A stretch of 15,134 nt of DNA from a virus (lineage: Duplodnaviria; Heunggongvirae; Uroviricota; Caudoviricetes). The notes beneath the pieces are model-generated. The model searched no databases and had not been told where the DNA came from. It worked only from the letters and a program-made list of their open reading frames with translations. Positions 1 to 8,483 of this stretch are shown here, piece by piece. Numbering within the stretch: position 1 is the first letter of the stretch; each line of letters opens with the position of its first letter. The translations under genes and the position numbers were made by a program. The stretch is taken from the IMG/VR virus record IMGVR_UViG_2648501400_000006; one strand, written 5' to 3'.

Positions 1-855
1 GAAGGAAAAGTGCTGCGTCATCGTGGTGGTGAAACCCGCGTGTTACGTCCGGGCTACGTCAAGCCGAAACACGAATTTAATTACCAGCAGGCGGTTGAGC
101 GCCTTCCTGGTGAAGATCCGGCTCAACTGAACGATCCGGCTTACCGCCGTCTGCGTATCATTACCGATAACCTCAAACAGGAAGAGCACGCGATTGTCCA
201 GGTGGAAGAAATACAGGCGGTAAATGCTGTGTTGTATGGCAAATATACGATGGAAGGAGACCAGTTCGAGAAAATTGAGGTCGATTTTGGCAGGTCGACG
301 AAGAATAACATCACTCAGGGTAGTGGTAAGGAGTGGTCAAAACAGGATCGTGACACGTTCGATCCTACACATGATCTTGACCTCTACTGCGACCAGGCCA
401 GCGGTCTTGTGAATATTGCCATTATGGACGGTACCGTCTGGCGTCTTCTGAATGGTTTTAAGCTGTTCCGCGAAAAACTGGATACCCGTCGCGGTTCAAA
501 TTCTCAACTCGAAACGGCAGTGAAAGATCTGGGCGCAGTGGTGTCCTTCAAGGGGTATTACGGCGATCTGGCCATTGTGGTGGCGAAAACGTCTTATATA
601 GCAGAAGACGGTATCGAAAAACGTTATCTGCCGGAGGGCATGCTGGTTCTGGGGAATACTGCTGCAGATGGGATCCGTTGTTACGGTGCCATTCAGGATG
701 CGCAGGCGTTGTCCGAAGGTGTGGTGGCCTCTTCCCGTTATCCGAAACACTGGCTGACGGTGGGGGATCCCGCCCGTGAATTTACCATGACGCAGTCCGC
801 GCCGCTGATGGTGTTGCCGGACCCGGATGAGTTTGTGGTGGTACAGGTGAAATAA
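1..855 (+). CDS. E: Major capsid protein E (lambda gpE-like), 5'-truncated by window edge
   Basis: Frame-1 ORF open from base 1 to TAA at 853-855; translation (…PGYVKPKHE…KLDTRRGSNS.LETAVKDLG…GDPAREFTM.QSAPLM…DPDEFV.VQ) matches the C-terminal ~280 aa of lambda gpE as I recall it; lies immediately upstream of FI/FII as in lambda. The 'M' at 10 is an internal GTG, not the true start. Confidence 0.9.
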   Translation, partial: EGKVLRHRGGETRVLRPGYVKPKHEFNYQQAVERLPGEDPAQLNDPAYRRLRIITDNLKQEEHAIVQVEEIQAVNAVLYGKYTMEGDQFEKIEVDFGRSTKNNITQGSGKEWSKQDRDTFDPTHDLDLYCDQASGLVNIAIMDGTVWRLLNGFKLFREKLDTRRGSNSQLETAVKDLGAVVSFKGYYGDLAIVVAKTSYIAEDGIEKRYLPEGMLVLGNTAADGIRCYGAIQDAQALSEGVVASSRYPKHWLTVGDPAREFTMTQSAPLMVLPDPDEFVVVQVK

Positions 856-862
856 TCCGTGA

Positions 863-892
863 GCGGGGGCGAAATGCCCCCGTGTCTTTTTT
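863..892 (+). terminator. GC-rich stem-loop (stem 864-870/876-882, loop GAAAT) followed by T-tract 887-892, between E and FI
   Basis: Read directly: CGGGGGC-GAAAT-GCCCCCG then TGTCTTTTTT. Must be read through (Q-antiterminated late transcript) because downstream tail genes are co-oriented. Confidence 0.4.
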
Positions 893-906
893 CACAGGGG
901 GCTGAT

Positions 907-1281
907 ATGGCAACGAAAGAGCAAAATCTGAAACGGCTTGATGAACTGGCCCTGATTCTGGGGCGTGAGCCGGATATATCCGGGAGTGCCGCAGAGATAG
1001 CGCAGCGGGTGGCGGAATGGGAAGAGGAAATACAGTCATCCGGCGAGGATGTTCAGGTTGGGGATACGGTGATCCGGGAGCGGGAAACCGCGGCTCATGA
1101 TGTTCGTGAGGATACATCCGGTGCGTTAACGCGCATCAGAGTTCTGACCTGCCTCCATCTCTGTGGCATTGATGGTGAAACAGGGGAATCCGTTGAGATT
1201 GCGGATGTTGGTCGGGTGATTCTGATTATGTCCTCAGATGCAAAAACACACGTTGATGGCGGAATGGCTGTTTATGCGTGA
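907..1281 (+). CDS. FI: DNA-packaging/head assembly protein FI-like
   Basis: ATG at 907 preceded by GGGGG RBS-like stretch (896-901); 124 aa acidic protein positioned between E and FII as lambda FI; sequence similarity to lambda FI is loose, so the call rests mainly on position and size. The GTG at 859 lies inside the hairpin and was not chosen. Stop overlaps FII start. Confidence 0.6.
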   Translation: MATKEQNLKRLDELALILGREPDISGSAAEIAQRVAEWEEEIQSSGEDVQVGDTVIRERETAAHDVREDTSGALTRIRVLTCLHLCGIDGETGESVEIADVGRVILIMSSDAKTHVDGGMAVYA

Positions 1282-1627
1282 TTTTCAGAATGCCTTTGAT
1301 GCTGCCCTTGCCGGGGTGGACAGTACGATTGTTGAAGTGATGGGGCTCTGTGCACAGTTCACCTCGGGGGCACAGTGTGGCGGAGAAGTTCAGGGGGTTT
1401 TTGACGATCCGGAGTCGCTGGGATTTGCCGGTAGCGGGGTCCGTATTGAAGGAAGCAGCCCGTCATTATTTGTGCGGACGGATACGGTGCGTGCCGTGCG
1501 GCGTGGTGACACGCTGACCATTAATGGTGAGACATTCTGGGTGGATCGTGTTTCTCCGGATGACGGGGGCAGCTGTTATCTCTGGCTCAACCGTGGGCAA
1601 CCACCCGCCGTTAACCGGCGACGATAA
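1274..1627 (+). CDS. FII: Head-tail joining protein FII-like
   Basis: ATG at 1274 (MRDFQNAFDAALAG…) overlapping FI stop; translation …GVFDDPES…GVR.EGSSPSLFVRTD.VR..RRGDTLTI….FWVDRVSPDDGGSC.LWL.RG.PPAVNRRR closely matches lambda gpFII. Confidence 0.85.
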   Translation: MRDFQNAFDAALAGVDSTIVEVMGLCAQFTSGAQCGGEVQGVFDDPESLGFAGSGVRIEGSSPSLFVRTDTVRAVRRGDTLTINGETFWVDRVSPDDGGSCYLWLNRGQPPAVNRRR

Positions 1628-1642
1628 ACGCAGGGTGAAATT

Positions 1643-2176
1643 ATGGCGATAAAAGGGCTTGAGCAGGCGATTGATAATCTGAGCCGGGTTCGTAAAAACG
1701 CCATTCCGGCGGCTTCTGCAATGACCATTAACCGCGTGGCCACAACGGCGATTAATCAGTCTTCATCACAGGTTGCCCGGGAAACCAGGGTGAACCGGAA
1801 ACTGGTTAAGGAACGGTCCAGACTGAAACGGGCCACGGTCAGAAATCCGAATGCCAGAATTATCGTTAACCGCGGTGATCTCCCGGTGATTAAGCTGGGG
1901 ATCAGGATGCCGGGGCGTCGTCCGGACAGCATACTCAAAGCCGGTCAGCATCGTTATCAGCGGGCATTTATTCAGCGATTAAAAAATGGTCGCTGGCATG
2001 TCATGCAGCGTGTGGTCGGGAAAAACCGTTACCCCATTGATGTGGTGAAAATCCCGATGGCGGCCCCACTGAAACAGGCGTTTGATGAGAATGTTGACCG
2101 TATCCGGCGTGAACGTCTGCCCGGAGAACTGGCATACGCGCTGAAACAACAACTGAGGATTGCGATAAAACGATGA
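1643..2176 (+). CDS. Z: Tail completion protein Z-like
   Basis: 177 aa; N-terminus MAIKGLEQA..NLSR… and C-terminus …AFIQ.LKNGRWHVMQRV.GKNRYPIDVVKIPMA.PL…RIRRERLP.EL.YAL..QLR..IKR match lambda gpZ; ATGA start/stop overlap with U. Confidence 0.85.
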   Translation: MAIKGLEQAIDNLSRVRKNAIPAASAMTINRVATTAINQSSSQVARETRVNRKLVKERSRLKRATVRNPNARIIVNRGDLPVIKLGIRMPGRRPDSILKAGQHRYQRAFIQRLKNGRWHVMQRVVGKNRYPIDVVKIPMAAPLKQAFDENVDRIRRERLPGELAYALKQQLRIAIKR

Positions 2177-2568
2177 AACATACTGATATCCGTGCTGCAG
2201 TGCTGGATGCACTGGAGCTGCATGAACACGGGGCGACGCTGTTTGATGGTCGCCCCGTTGTTTTTGACGAAGAGGATTTTCCCGCGGTCGCGGTTTATCT
2301 GACGGATGCAGAGTATACCGGTGAAGAGCTGGATGCAGATACCTGGCGGGCCACACTGCATATTGAAGTGTTCCTACCGGCACAGGTACCGGATTCAGAG
2401 CTGGATTCGTGGATGGAAACCCGGATTTATCCGGCGATGACCGCGATCCCGGCACTGGCAGACATGATTACCACGATGGTTAAGCAGGGCTATGACTATC
2501 GTCGTGATGACGATATGGCGTTATGGAGCTCTGCAGATCTGACTTATTCCATTACATACGAGATGTGA
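2173..2568 (+). CDS. U: Tail tube terminator protein U-like
   Basis: 131 aa; [74 protein letters not shown]…YDYRRDDD…[13 protein letters not shown] is near-identical in pattern to lambda gpU. Confidence 0.9.
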   Translation: MKHTDIRAAVLDALELHEHGATLFDGRPVVFDEEDFPAVAVYLTDAEYTGEELDADTWRATLHIEVFLPAQVPDSELDSWMETRIYPAMTAIPALADMITTMVKQGYDYRRDDDMALWSSADLTYSITYEM

Positions 2569-2575
2569 GGACGAT

Positions 2576-3295
2576 ATGCCAACACCAAATCCCCTGGAGC
2601 CGGTAAAAGGTGCCGGTACCACCCTGTGGGTTTACAACGGCAAGGGTGACGCCTATGCAAACCCGTTGTCAGACGATGACTGGCAGCGACTGGCTAAGGT
2701 GAAGGATCTGACGCCGGGCGAGATGACGGCAGAACCCTACGATGATAACTACCTGGATGATGAAGACGCGGACTGGACCGCGACCGGGCAGGGACAGAAA
2801 TCTGCAGGAGATACCAGTTTTACACTGGCCTGGAAACCGGGAGAAGAAGGTCAGAAAGGGCTTATAGGCTGGTTTGAAAGCGGGGATGTGCGGGCCTATA
2901 AAATCCGTTTTCCGAACGGCACGGTGGATGTGTTTCGTGGCTGGATCAGCAGTATCGGTAAGGCAGTGACGGCGAAAGAAGTGATCACCCGAACAGTGAA
3001 AGTGACCAACGTGGGCAAACCTTCCGTAGCGGAAGAACGCAGCAAAATTACGCCGGCCACTGCAATTAAGGTGACACCGACATCCGGTACCGTGGAAAAA
3101 GGAAAAACAACCACCCTGACGGTTTCTTTTGAGCCGGAAAGTGCAACCGACAAGACGTTCAGAGCGGTTTCCGCCGATCCGTCAAAAGCAACCATTACTG
3201 TGAAAGATATGACAATCACGGTAAACGGCGTGAAGACAGGAAAAGTGCAGTATCCCCGTGATGACCGGAAATGGTCAGTTCGCCACAGTAGCTGA
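2576..3295 (+). CDS. V: Major tail tube protein V-like; last ~13 codons out of the ancestral frame (apparent 1-nt insertion near 3251)
   Basis: GAGGA RBS at 2567-2571. 239-aa ORF matches lambda gpV ([68 protein letters not shown]…[42 protein letters not shown]…) up to …TITVNGV.TGKV, then ends [14 protein letters not shown]. The shifted frame 3249-3329 encodes [26 protein letters not shown], which resembles the lambda gpV C-terminus (…[21 protein letters not shown]). Confidence 0.85.
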   Translation: MPTPNPLEPVKGAGTTLWVYNGKGDAYANPLSDDDWQRLAKVKDLTPGEMTAEPYDDNYLDDEDADWTATGQGQKSAGDTSFTLAWKPGEEGQKGLIGWFESGDVRAYKIRFPNGTVDVFRGWISSIGKAVTAKEVITRTVKVTNVGKPSVAEERSKITPATAIKVTPTSGTVEKGKTTTLTVSFEPESATDKTFRAVSADPSKATITVKDMTITVNGVKTGKVQYPRDDRKWSVRHSS

Positions 3296-3342
3296 AGTCA
3301 CCGTTACTGAAGCGGGCGCTGCAGGGTAAACGGAGGTAATAC

Positions 3343-3774
3343 ATGTTTCTGAAAACAGAACAATTTGAATATAACGGTGTGTCCGTCACGCTTTCCGAAT
3401 TGTCTGCGCTGCAGCGTATTGAGCATCTTGCCCTCCTGAAACGGCGTGCAGAACAGGCAGAATCCAGCGGCAACCTGCAGGTAAGCGTGGAAGATCTCGT
3501 CAGAACCGGCGCGTTTCTGGTGGCGATGTCCCTGTGGCATAACCATCCGCAGAAAACGGCATCACCGTCAATGAATGAGGCCGTGATGCAGATCGAACAG
3601 GAAGTCCTCACCACCTGGCCTGCGGATGCCATTGCCCGGGCGGAAGATGTGGTGTTGCGTCTGTCCGGGATGAGCGGGCCTGTTCATGCGGATACGGACA
3701 GCACCGAAGTGGCGAAAAATAACGCGCTGACTGATGATGATTTTTCTGCGGGAAAGTCTTCGACGGCGAGCTGA
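3343..3774 (+). CDS. G: Tail assembly chaperone G
   Basis: GGAGG RBS at 3329-3335; 143 aa MFLKTE.FE.NGV.VTLSELSALQRIEHLAL.KR.AEQAES…TGAFLVAMSLWHNHPQKT…SMNEAV.QIEQEVLTTWP… matches lambda gpG. Confidence 0.9.
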   Translation: MFLKTEQFEYNGVSVTLSELSALQRIEHLALLKRRAEQAESSGNLQVSVEDLVRTGAFLVAMSLWHNHPQKTASPSMNEAVMQIEQEVLTTWPADAIARAEDVVLRLSGMSGPVHADTDSTEVAKNNALTDDDFSAGKSSTAS

Positions 3775-4214
3775 ATTTTGCCCTCAGACTGGCGCGTGAG
3801 ATGGGGAGGCCTGACTGGCGCGCCATGCTTGCCGGGATGACATCCACCGAATATGCCGACTGGCGACATTTTTACCGCACGCATTATTTTCACGATACCC
3901 AACTGGATATGCATTTTTCCGGGCTGACGTACGCCGTACTCAGCCTGTTTTTTTGCGATCCGGATATGCATCCCTCTGATTTCAGTCTGCTTGCCCCCCG
4001 GCATGAGGAAGAGCAGACGGAGAGGCCGGATGAGGAAAAAATGCTGATGCAGAAAGCGGCAGGACTTGCCGGAGGCGTCCGGTTCGGTGGGGACGGAGGG
4101 CGCGAGATTTTATCGTCTGCGGATGTGGCGGATGTCAGCGAGGATGATGCCGCATTAATGATGGCTTCAGCGGGGATTCCCGGAGGTGTGAGATATGTCC
4201 CAGCCGGTTGGTGA
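3343..4214 (+). CDS. T: Tail assembly chaperone G-T fusion made by programmed -1 ribosomal frameshift at 3750-3756
   Basis: The T-frame (frame 0) has no own start/RBS and is open from the slippery site to TGA 4212-4214; its translation (…MGRPDWRAMLAGM.STEYADW..FY.THYFHD..LDMHFSGLTY.VLSLFF.DPDMHP.DFSLL…LMQKAAGLAGGVRFG…) matches lambda gpT. Slippery heptamer G-GGA-AAG sits in the G zero frame 19 nt before the G stop. Confidence 0.8.
3750..3756 (+). promoter_or_regulatory. -1 programmed ribosomal frameshift slippery heptamer GGGAAAG (G/G-T)
   Basis: Sequence GCG GGA AAG with GGA and AAG as in-frame G codons (codon start 3751 is in frame with the G ATG at 3343); same heptamer and relative position as the lambda G-T frameshift site. 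Confidence 0.75.
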
Positions 4215-6775
4215 TCTTGTTATTGACCTGAGTCTGGATGCGGTCCGTTTCGATGAGCAGATGAGCCGGGTAAGGCGTCATTTTTCAGGACTGGAGACCG
4301 ACGCCAGAAAAACCGCCAGTGCTGTTGAACAGAACCTGAGCCGCCAGGCGCTGGCTGCACAAAAAGCCGGGATTTCCGTCGGGCAGTATAAAGCGGCCAT
4401 GCGAACCCTGCCCGCACAGTTTACGGATATCGCCACGCAGCTTGCCGGTGGTCAGAATCCCTGGCTGATCCTGCTGCAACAGGGCGGTCAGGTGAAGGAC
4501 TCCTTCGGCGGGATGATCCCCATGTTCAGGGGGCTTGCCGGTGCGATCACCCTGCCGATGGTCGGGGTCACCTCGCTGGCGGTGGCGACAGGTGCGCTGG
4601 CGTACGCCTGGTACCAGGGAGATTCCACGCTTTCAGCGTTTAATAAAACCCTGGTTCTTTCCGGTAATCAGTCCGGACTGACTGCCGATCGCATGCTGAC
4701 GCTCTCAAGAGCCGGACAGGCAGCAGGGCTGACGTTTAACCAGGCGAGAGAGTCACTGGCAGCCCTGGTGAATGCCGGTGTGCGTGGTGGTGAACAGTTT
4801 GATGCCATCAACCAGAGTGTCGCGCGTTTTGCGTCTGCATCCGGTGTGGAGGTGGACAAAGTCGCAGAAGCCTTCGGAAAACTGACCACCGACCCGACGT
4901 CGGGACTGATGGCGATGGCGCGCCAGTTCCGTAACGTGACGGCAGAGCAGATTGCGTATGTTGCACAGCTGCAGCGTTCCGGAGACGAGGCCGGGGCATT
5001 ACAGGCGGCGAACGATATCGCCACGAAAGGCTTTGATGAGCAGACCCGTCGCCTGAAAGAAAACATGGGAACACTGGAGACCTGGGCGGATAAAACAGGG
5101 AAGGCATTCAAATCGATGTGGGATGCCATTCTGGATATCGGTCGTCCTGAGTCCTCAGCGGATATGCTCGCCAGTGCACAGAAGGCATTTGATGAGGCGG
5201 ATAAAAAATGGCAGTGGTACCAGAGCCGGAGCCAGCGCCGCGGAAAAACCGCCTCTTTCCGGGCCAACCTTCAGGGCGCATGGAATGACCGGGAAAATGC
5301 CCGTCTGGGGCTGGCAGCGGCCACGCTGCAGTCGGATATGGAAAAAGCCGGTGAACTGGCCGCCAGGGACCGGGCCGAACGGGACGCATCACAGCTGAAG
5401 TATACCGGAGAGGCGCAGAAGGCGTATGAGCGTCTGCTGACGCCGCTGGAGAAATATACCGCCCGTCAGGAAGAACTGAATAAGGCACTGAAAGACGGGA
5501 AAATCCTGCAGGCAGATTACAACACGCTGATGGCGGCGGCGAAAAAGGACTATGAAGCGACGCTGAAAAAGCCGAAACAGTCAGGAGTCAAAGTGTCAGC
5601 CGGCGAGCGTCAGGAAGACCAGTGCGCATGCTGCCCTGCTGACGCTTCAAACAGAACTCCGGACGCTGGAAAAACACACCGGAGCGAATGAGAAAATCAG
5701 CCAGCAGCGTCGCGATTTATGGAAAGCGGAAAATCAGTATGCGGTCCTGAAAGAGGCAGCCACGAAACGGCAGTTATCTGAGCAGGAAAAATCCCTGCTG
5801 GCCCATGAGAAAGAGACGCTGGAGTACAAACGCCAGCTGGCTGAGCTGGGAGACAAAGTTGAACACCAGAAACGGCTGAATCAGCTGGCACAGCAGGCTG
5901 CGCGGTTTGAACAGCAGCAGAGCGCGAAGCAGGCGGCAATCAGCGCAAAAGCCCGCGGACTCACCGACCGTCAGGCGCAGCGGGAGTCGGAAGAGCAGCG
6001 CCTTCGTGACGTGTACGGTGATAATCCGGATGCGCTGGCGAAGGCCACATCTGCACTGAAGAACACCTGGTCTGCGGAGGAGCAGCTTCGTGGAAGCTGG
6101 ATGGCCGGTCTGAAGTCCGGCTGGGGCGAGTGGGCAGAAAGTGCGACGGACAGTTTTTCGCAGGTTAAAAGCGTGGCCACGCAGACCTTTGACGGTATTG
6201 CACAGAATATGGCAGCGATGCTGACCGGCAGCGAACAGAACTGGCGTGGTTTCACCCGTTCTGTGCTCTCCATGCTGACAGAGATTTTTCTGAAGCAGGC
6301 GATGGTGGGGATAGTCGGGAGTATCGGCAGCGCCATTGGCGGTGCTTTCGGTGGTGGTGCGTCTGCCTCCACGGGGACGGCCATTCAGGCTGCGGCGGCG
6401 AACTTCCATTTCGCGACCGGGGGATTTACGGGGACGGGGGGTAAATATGAACCTGCGGGAATTGTTCATCGCGGGGAGTTTGTCTTCACGAAGGAGGCAA
6501 CCAGCCGGATTGGCGTCGGCAACCTGTATCGTCTGATGCGCGGGTATGCGGAAGGTGGTTATGTGGGCGGTGCCGGAAGTCCGGCGCAGATGCGGCGGGC
6601 GGAAGGCATTAGTTTTAATCAGAACAATCACGTGGTGATTCAGAACGACGGTATCAACGGACAGGCAGGGCCGCAGCTGATGAAAGCGGTGTATGACATG
6701 GCCCGCAAGGGGGCGCAGGATGAGATTCAGGCGCAGATGCGTGATGGCGGCGTATTTTCCGGAGGCAGGCGATGA
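4195..6775 (+). pseudogene. H: Tail tape-measure protein H-like, split by an apparent +1 frameshift near 5619-5620 (N-part frame 1: 4195-5691; C-part frame 2: about 5567-6775)
   Basis: GGAGGTG RBS at 4179-4185. The 4195 ORF matches lambda gpH from the N-terminus (…VGDLV.DLSLDA.RFDEQM.RVRRHFSG…GISVGQYKAAMR.LPAQFTD.ATQLAGGQ.PWLILLQQGGQVKDSFGGMIPMFRGLAGAITLPMVG…) through …KKPKQS.VKVSAG.RQED, then reads QCACCPADASNRTPDAGKTHRSE*. Frame 2 from 5621 reads SAHAALLTLQ.ELRTLEKH.GANEKISQQRRDLWKAENQ… and continues through …AGIVHRGEFVFTKEATSRIGVGNLYRLMRGYA.GGYVG… to TGA 6773-6775, matching the lambda gpH continuation. Removing one C at 5619/5620 (GAAGAC[C]AGTGCG) restores one ORF of ~859 aa. Frame 2 has a stop at 5564-5566, so the switch must lie in 5567-5691. 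Confidence 0.75.
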
Positions 6776-7101
6776 AAACCTTTCGCTGGAAAGTGAAGCC
6801 GGATATGGAGGTGAACTCGCAGCCGTCGGTGCGTGAAGTGCGTTTTGGTGACGGGTATTCGCAGCGTATGGCTGCGGGGCTGAATGCTGACCTGAAAACA
6901 TACCGTGTGACGCTTTCCGTGACCCGGGAGGAGGCCCGACATTTGGAGGCGTTCCTGGCAGAGCACGGTGGCTGGAAGGCGTTTCTGTGGACACCGCCTT
7001 ATGCCTGGCGGCAGATAAAGGTGACCTGTGCCGCCTGGTCATCACGGGTTCGCATGCTGCGGGTTGAATTCAGTGCCGAGTTTAAGCAGGTGGTGAACTG
7101 A
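6772..7101 (+). CDS. M: Tail tip assembly protein M-like
   Basis: 109 aa, the lambda gpM size; GGAGG RBS at 6756-6760; ATGA overlap with the H stop; positioned between H and L. Confidence 0.9.
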   Translation: MKTFRWKVKPDMEVNSQPSVREVRFGDGYSQRMAAGLNADLKTYRVTLSVTREEARHLEAFLAEHGGWKAFLWTPPYAWRQIKVTCAAWSSRVRMLRVEFSAEFKQVVN

Positions 7102-7799
7102 TGCAGGATATTCACGAAGAAAGTCTGAACGAGTCGGTTAAATCAGAGCAGTCACCGCGGGTGGTACTCTGGGAAATCGACCTGACGGTACAGGGTGGTG
7201 AGCGGTATTTTTTCTGCAATGAGCTGAATGAAAAAGGGGAGGCGGTTACCTGGCAGGGGCGGCAATATCAGGCATACCCGATTGACGGCAGTGGCTTTGA
7301 GATGAACGGGAAGGGCAGCAGTGCCAGACCGTCGCTGACGGTGTCCAATCTGTTTGGTCTGGTCACCGGGATGGCGGAGGACCTGCAGAGCCTGGTGGGG
7401 GCCACGGTGGTCCGCCGCCGGGTGTATGCCCGTTTTCTGGATGCGGTGAATTTTGTGGCAGGCAATCCGGAAGCGGACCCGGAGCAGGAGCTGAGCGACC
7501 GCTGGGTGGTGGAGCAGATGTCAGAGCTGACGGCCATGACGGCCTCGTTTGTGCTGGCGACACCGACCGAGACGGACGGGGCGCTGTTTCCTGGTCGCAT
7601 CATGCTGGCGAACACCTGTATGTGGGATTACCGGGGAGATGAATGCGGGTATAACGGTCCTGCGGTGGCGGATGAGTTCGACAACCCCACCACGGATATC
7701 CGTAAGGACAGATGCAGCAAGTGCATGCGCGGGTGTGAGATGCGCGGCATGGTGGCTAATTTTGGCGGTTTCCTTTCCATTAACAAACTTTCGCAGTAA
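7101..7799 (+). CDS. L: Tail tip protein L-like
   Basis: 232 aa, the lambda gpL size; TGATG overlap with the M stop; conserved Cys-rich C-terminus (…CMWDYRGDECGYNGPAVADEFDNPT.DI.KD.CSKC…) as I recall for gpL. Confidence 0.9.
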   Translation: MQDIHEESLNESVKSEQSPRVVLWEIDLTVQGGERYFFCNELNEKGEAVTWQGRQYQAYPIDGSGFEMNGKGSSARPSLTVSNLFGLVTGMAEDLQSLVGATVVRRRVYARFLDAVNFVAGNPEADPEQELSDRWVVEQMSELTAMTASFVLATPTETDGALFPGRIMLANTCMWDYRGDECGYNGPAVADEFDNPTTDIRKDRCSKCMRGCEMRGMVANFGGFLSINKLSQ

Positions 7800-7804
7800 A
7801 TCCA

Positions 7805-8483
7805 ATGACACAGACAGAATCAGCGATTCTGGCGCATGCCCGGCGGTGTGTGCCTGCGGAGTCGTGCGGCTTCGTGGTGAGAACGCCGGAGGGGGAGCGG
7901 TATATCCCTTGTGTGAATATCTCTGCAGAGCCGGAGGCGTATTTTCGTATTGCACCGGAAGACTGGCTGCGGGCAGAGATGCAGGGGGAGATTGTGGCAC
8001 TGGTCCACAGTCATCCCGGTGGTCTGCCGGGGGGAAATTCATAAATTCCGCTGTGTACCACATCTGACAGGACGGCGCTTTGAGCACGGGGTGACGGACT
8101 GTTACACGCTGTTCCGGGATGCCTACCATCTGGCGGGAATTGATATGCCGGATTTTGAGCGTGAGGATGACTGGTGGCGCAACGGTCAGAACCTTTACCT
8201 GGACAATATGGCGGTCACCGGCTTTTACCGGGTGCCCCTGTCCTCTGCACAGGCGGGCGATATCCTGCTGTGCTGCTTTGGCGCATCGGTGGCCAATCAT
8301 GCCGCCATTTACTGCGGCAACGGTGAACTGCTTCACCATCTGCCTGAACAACTGAGTAAACGGGAGAGGTATTCCGAAAAATGGCAACGACGAACGCATT
8401 CTGTCTGGCGTCACCGCCACTGGCACGCATCTGCCTTCACGGGGATTTGCAACGATTTGGCCGCCGCCTCAGCCTGTATGTGA
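7805..8483 (+). pseudogene. K: Tail tip assembly protein K-like (MPN/JAMM + NlpC/P60), disrupted: N-part frame 2 (7805-8044, stop TAA 8042-8044), C-part frame 0 (about 8028-8483)
   Basis: 7805 ORF: MTQTESAILAHARRC.PAESCGFVV.TPEGERY.PCVNIS.EPEA…EDWL.AEMQGEIVALVHSHPGGLP then GGNS*. Frame 0 from ~8028: RGEIHKFRCVPHLTGRRFEHGVTDCYTLFRDAYHLAGI.MPDF.REDDWWRNGQNLYLDN…LLCCFG.SV.NHAAIYCG.GELLHH.PEQLSKRERY..KWQRRTHS.WRHR.W.ASAFTGI.NDL.AAS… ending TGA 8481-8483 and overlapping I by 103 nt. The HxH of a JAMM motif is present but the expected downstream S-x-x-D is missing; the junction coincides with a G6 run (8029-8034). From memory of lambda K, about 22 codons are absent, implying a ~65-bp out-of-frame deletion. 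Confidence 0.65.

Noticed and set aside
1643-2176. Z appears shorter than lambda Z (177 aa here, ~192 aa as I recall) with a different central segment
   Set aside because: The ORF is continuous and in frame, both termini are conserved, and my memory of lambda Z is not exact enough to call a lesion; treated as natural variation.
5774-7045. 423-aa minus-strand ORF antisense to H and M
   Set aside because: Low-complexity Arg/Pro-rich translation, fully overlapped by well-supported gpH/gpM-like genes on the + strand; typical shadow ORF in GC-rich phage DNA.
7521-8426. 301-aa minus-strand ORF antisense to L and K
   Set aside because: Entirely overlaps the L and K coding sequence, no recognisable domain, Pro/Arg/Ala-biased; judged a shadow ORF.
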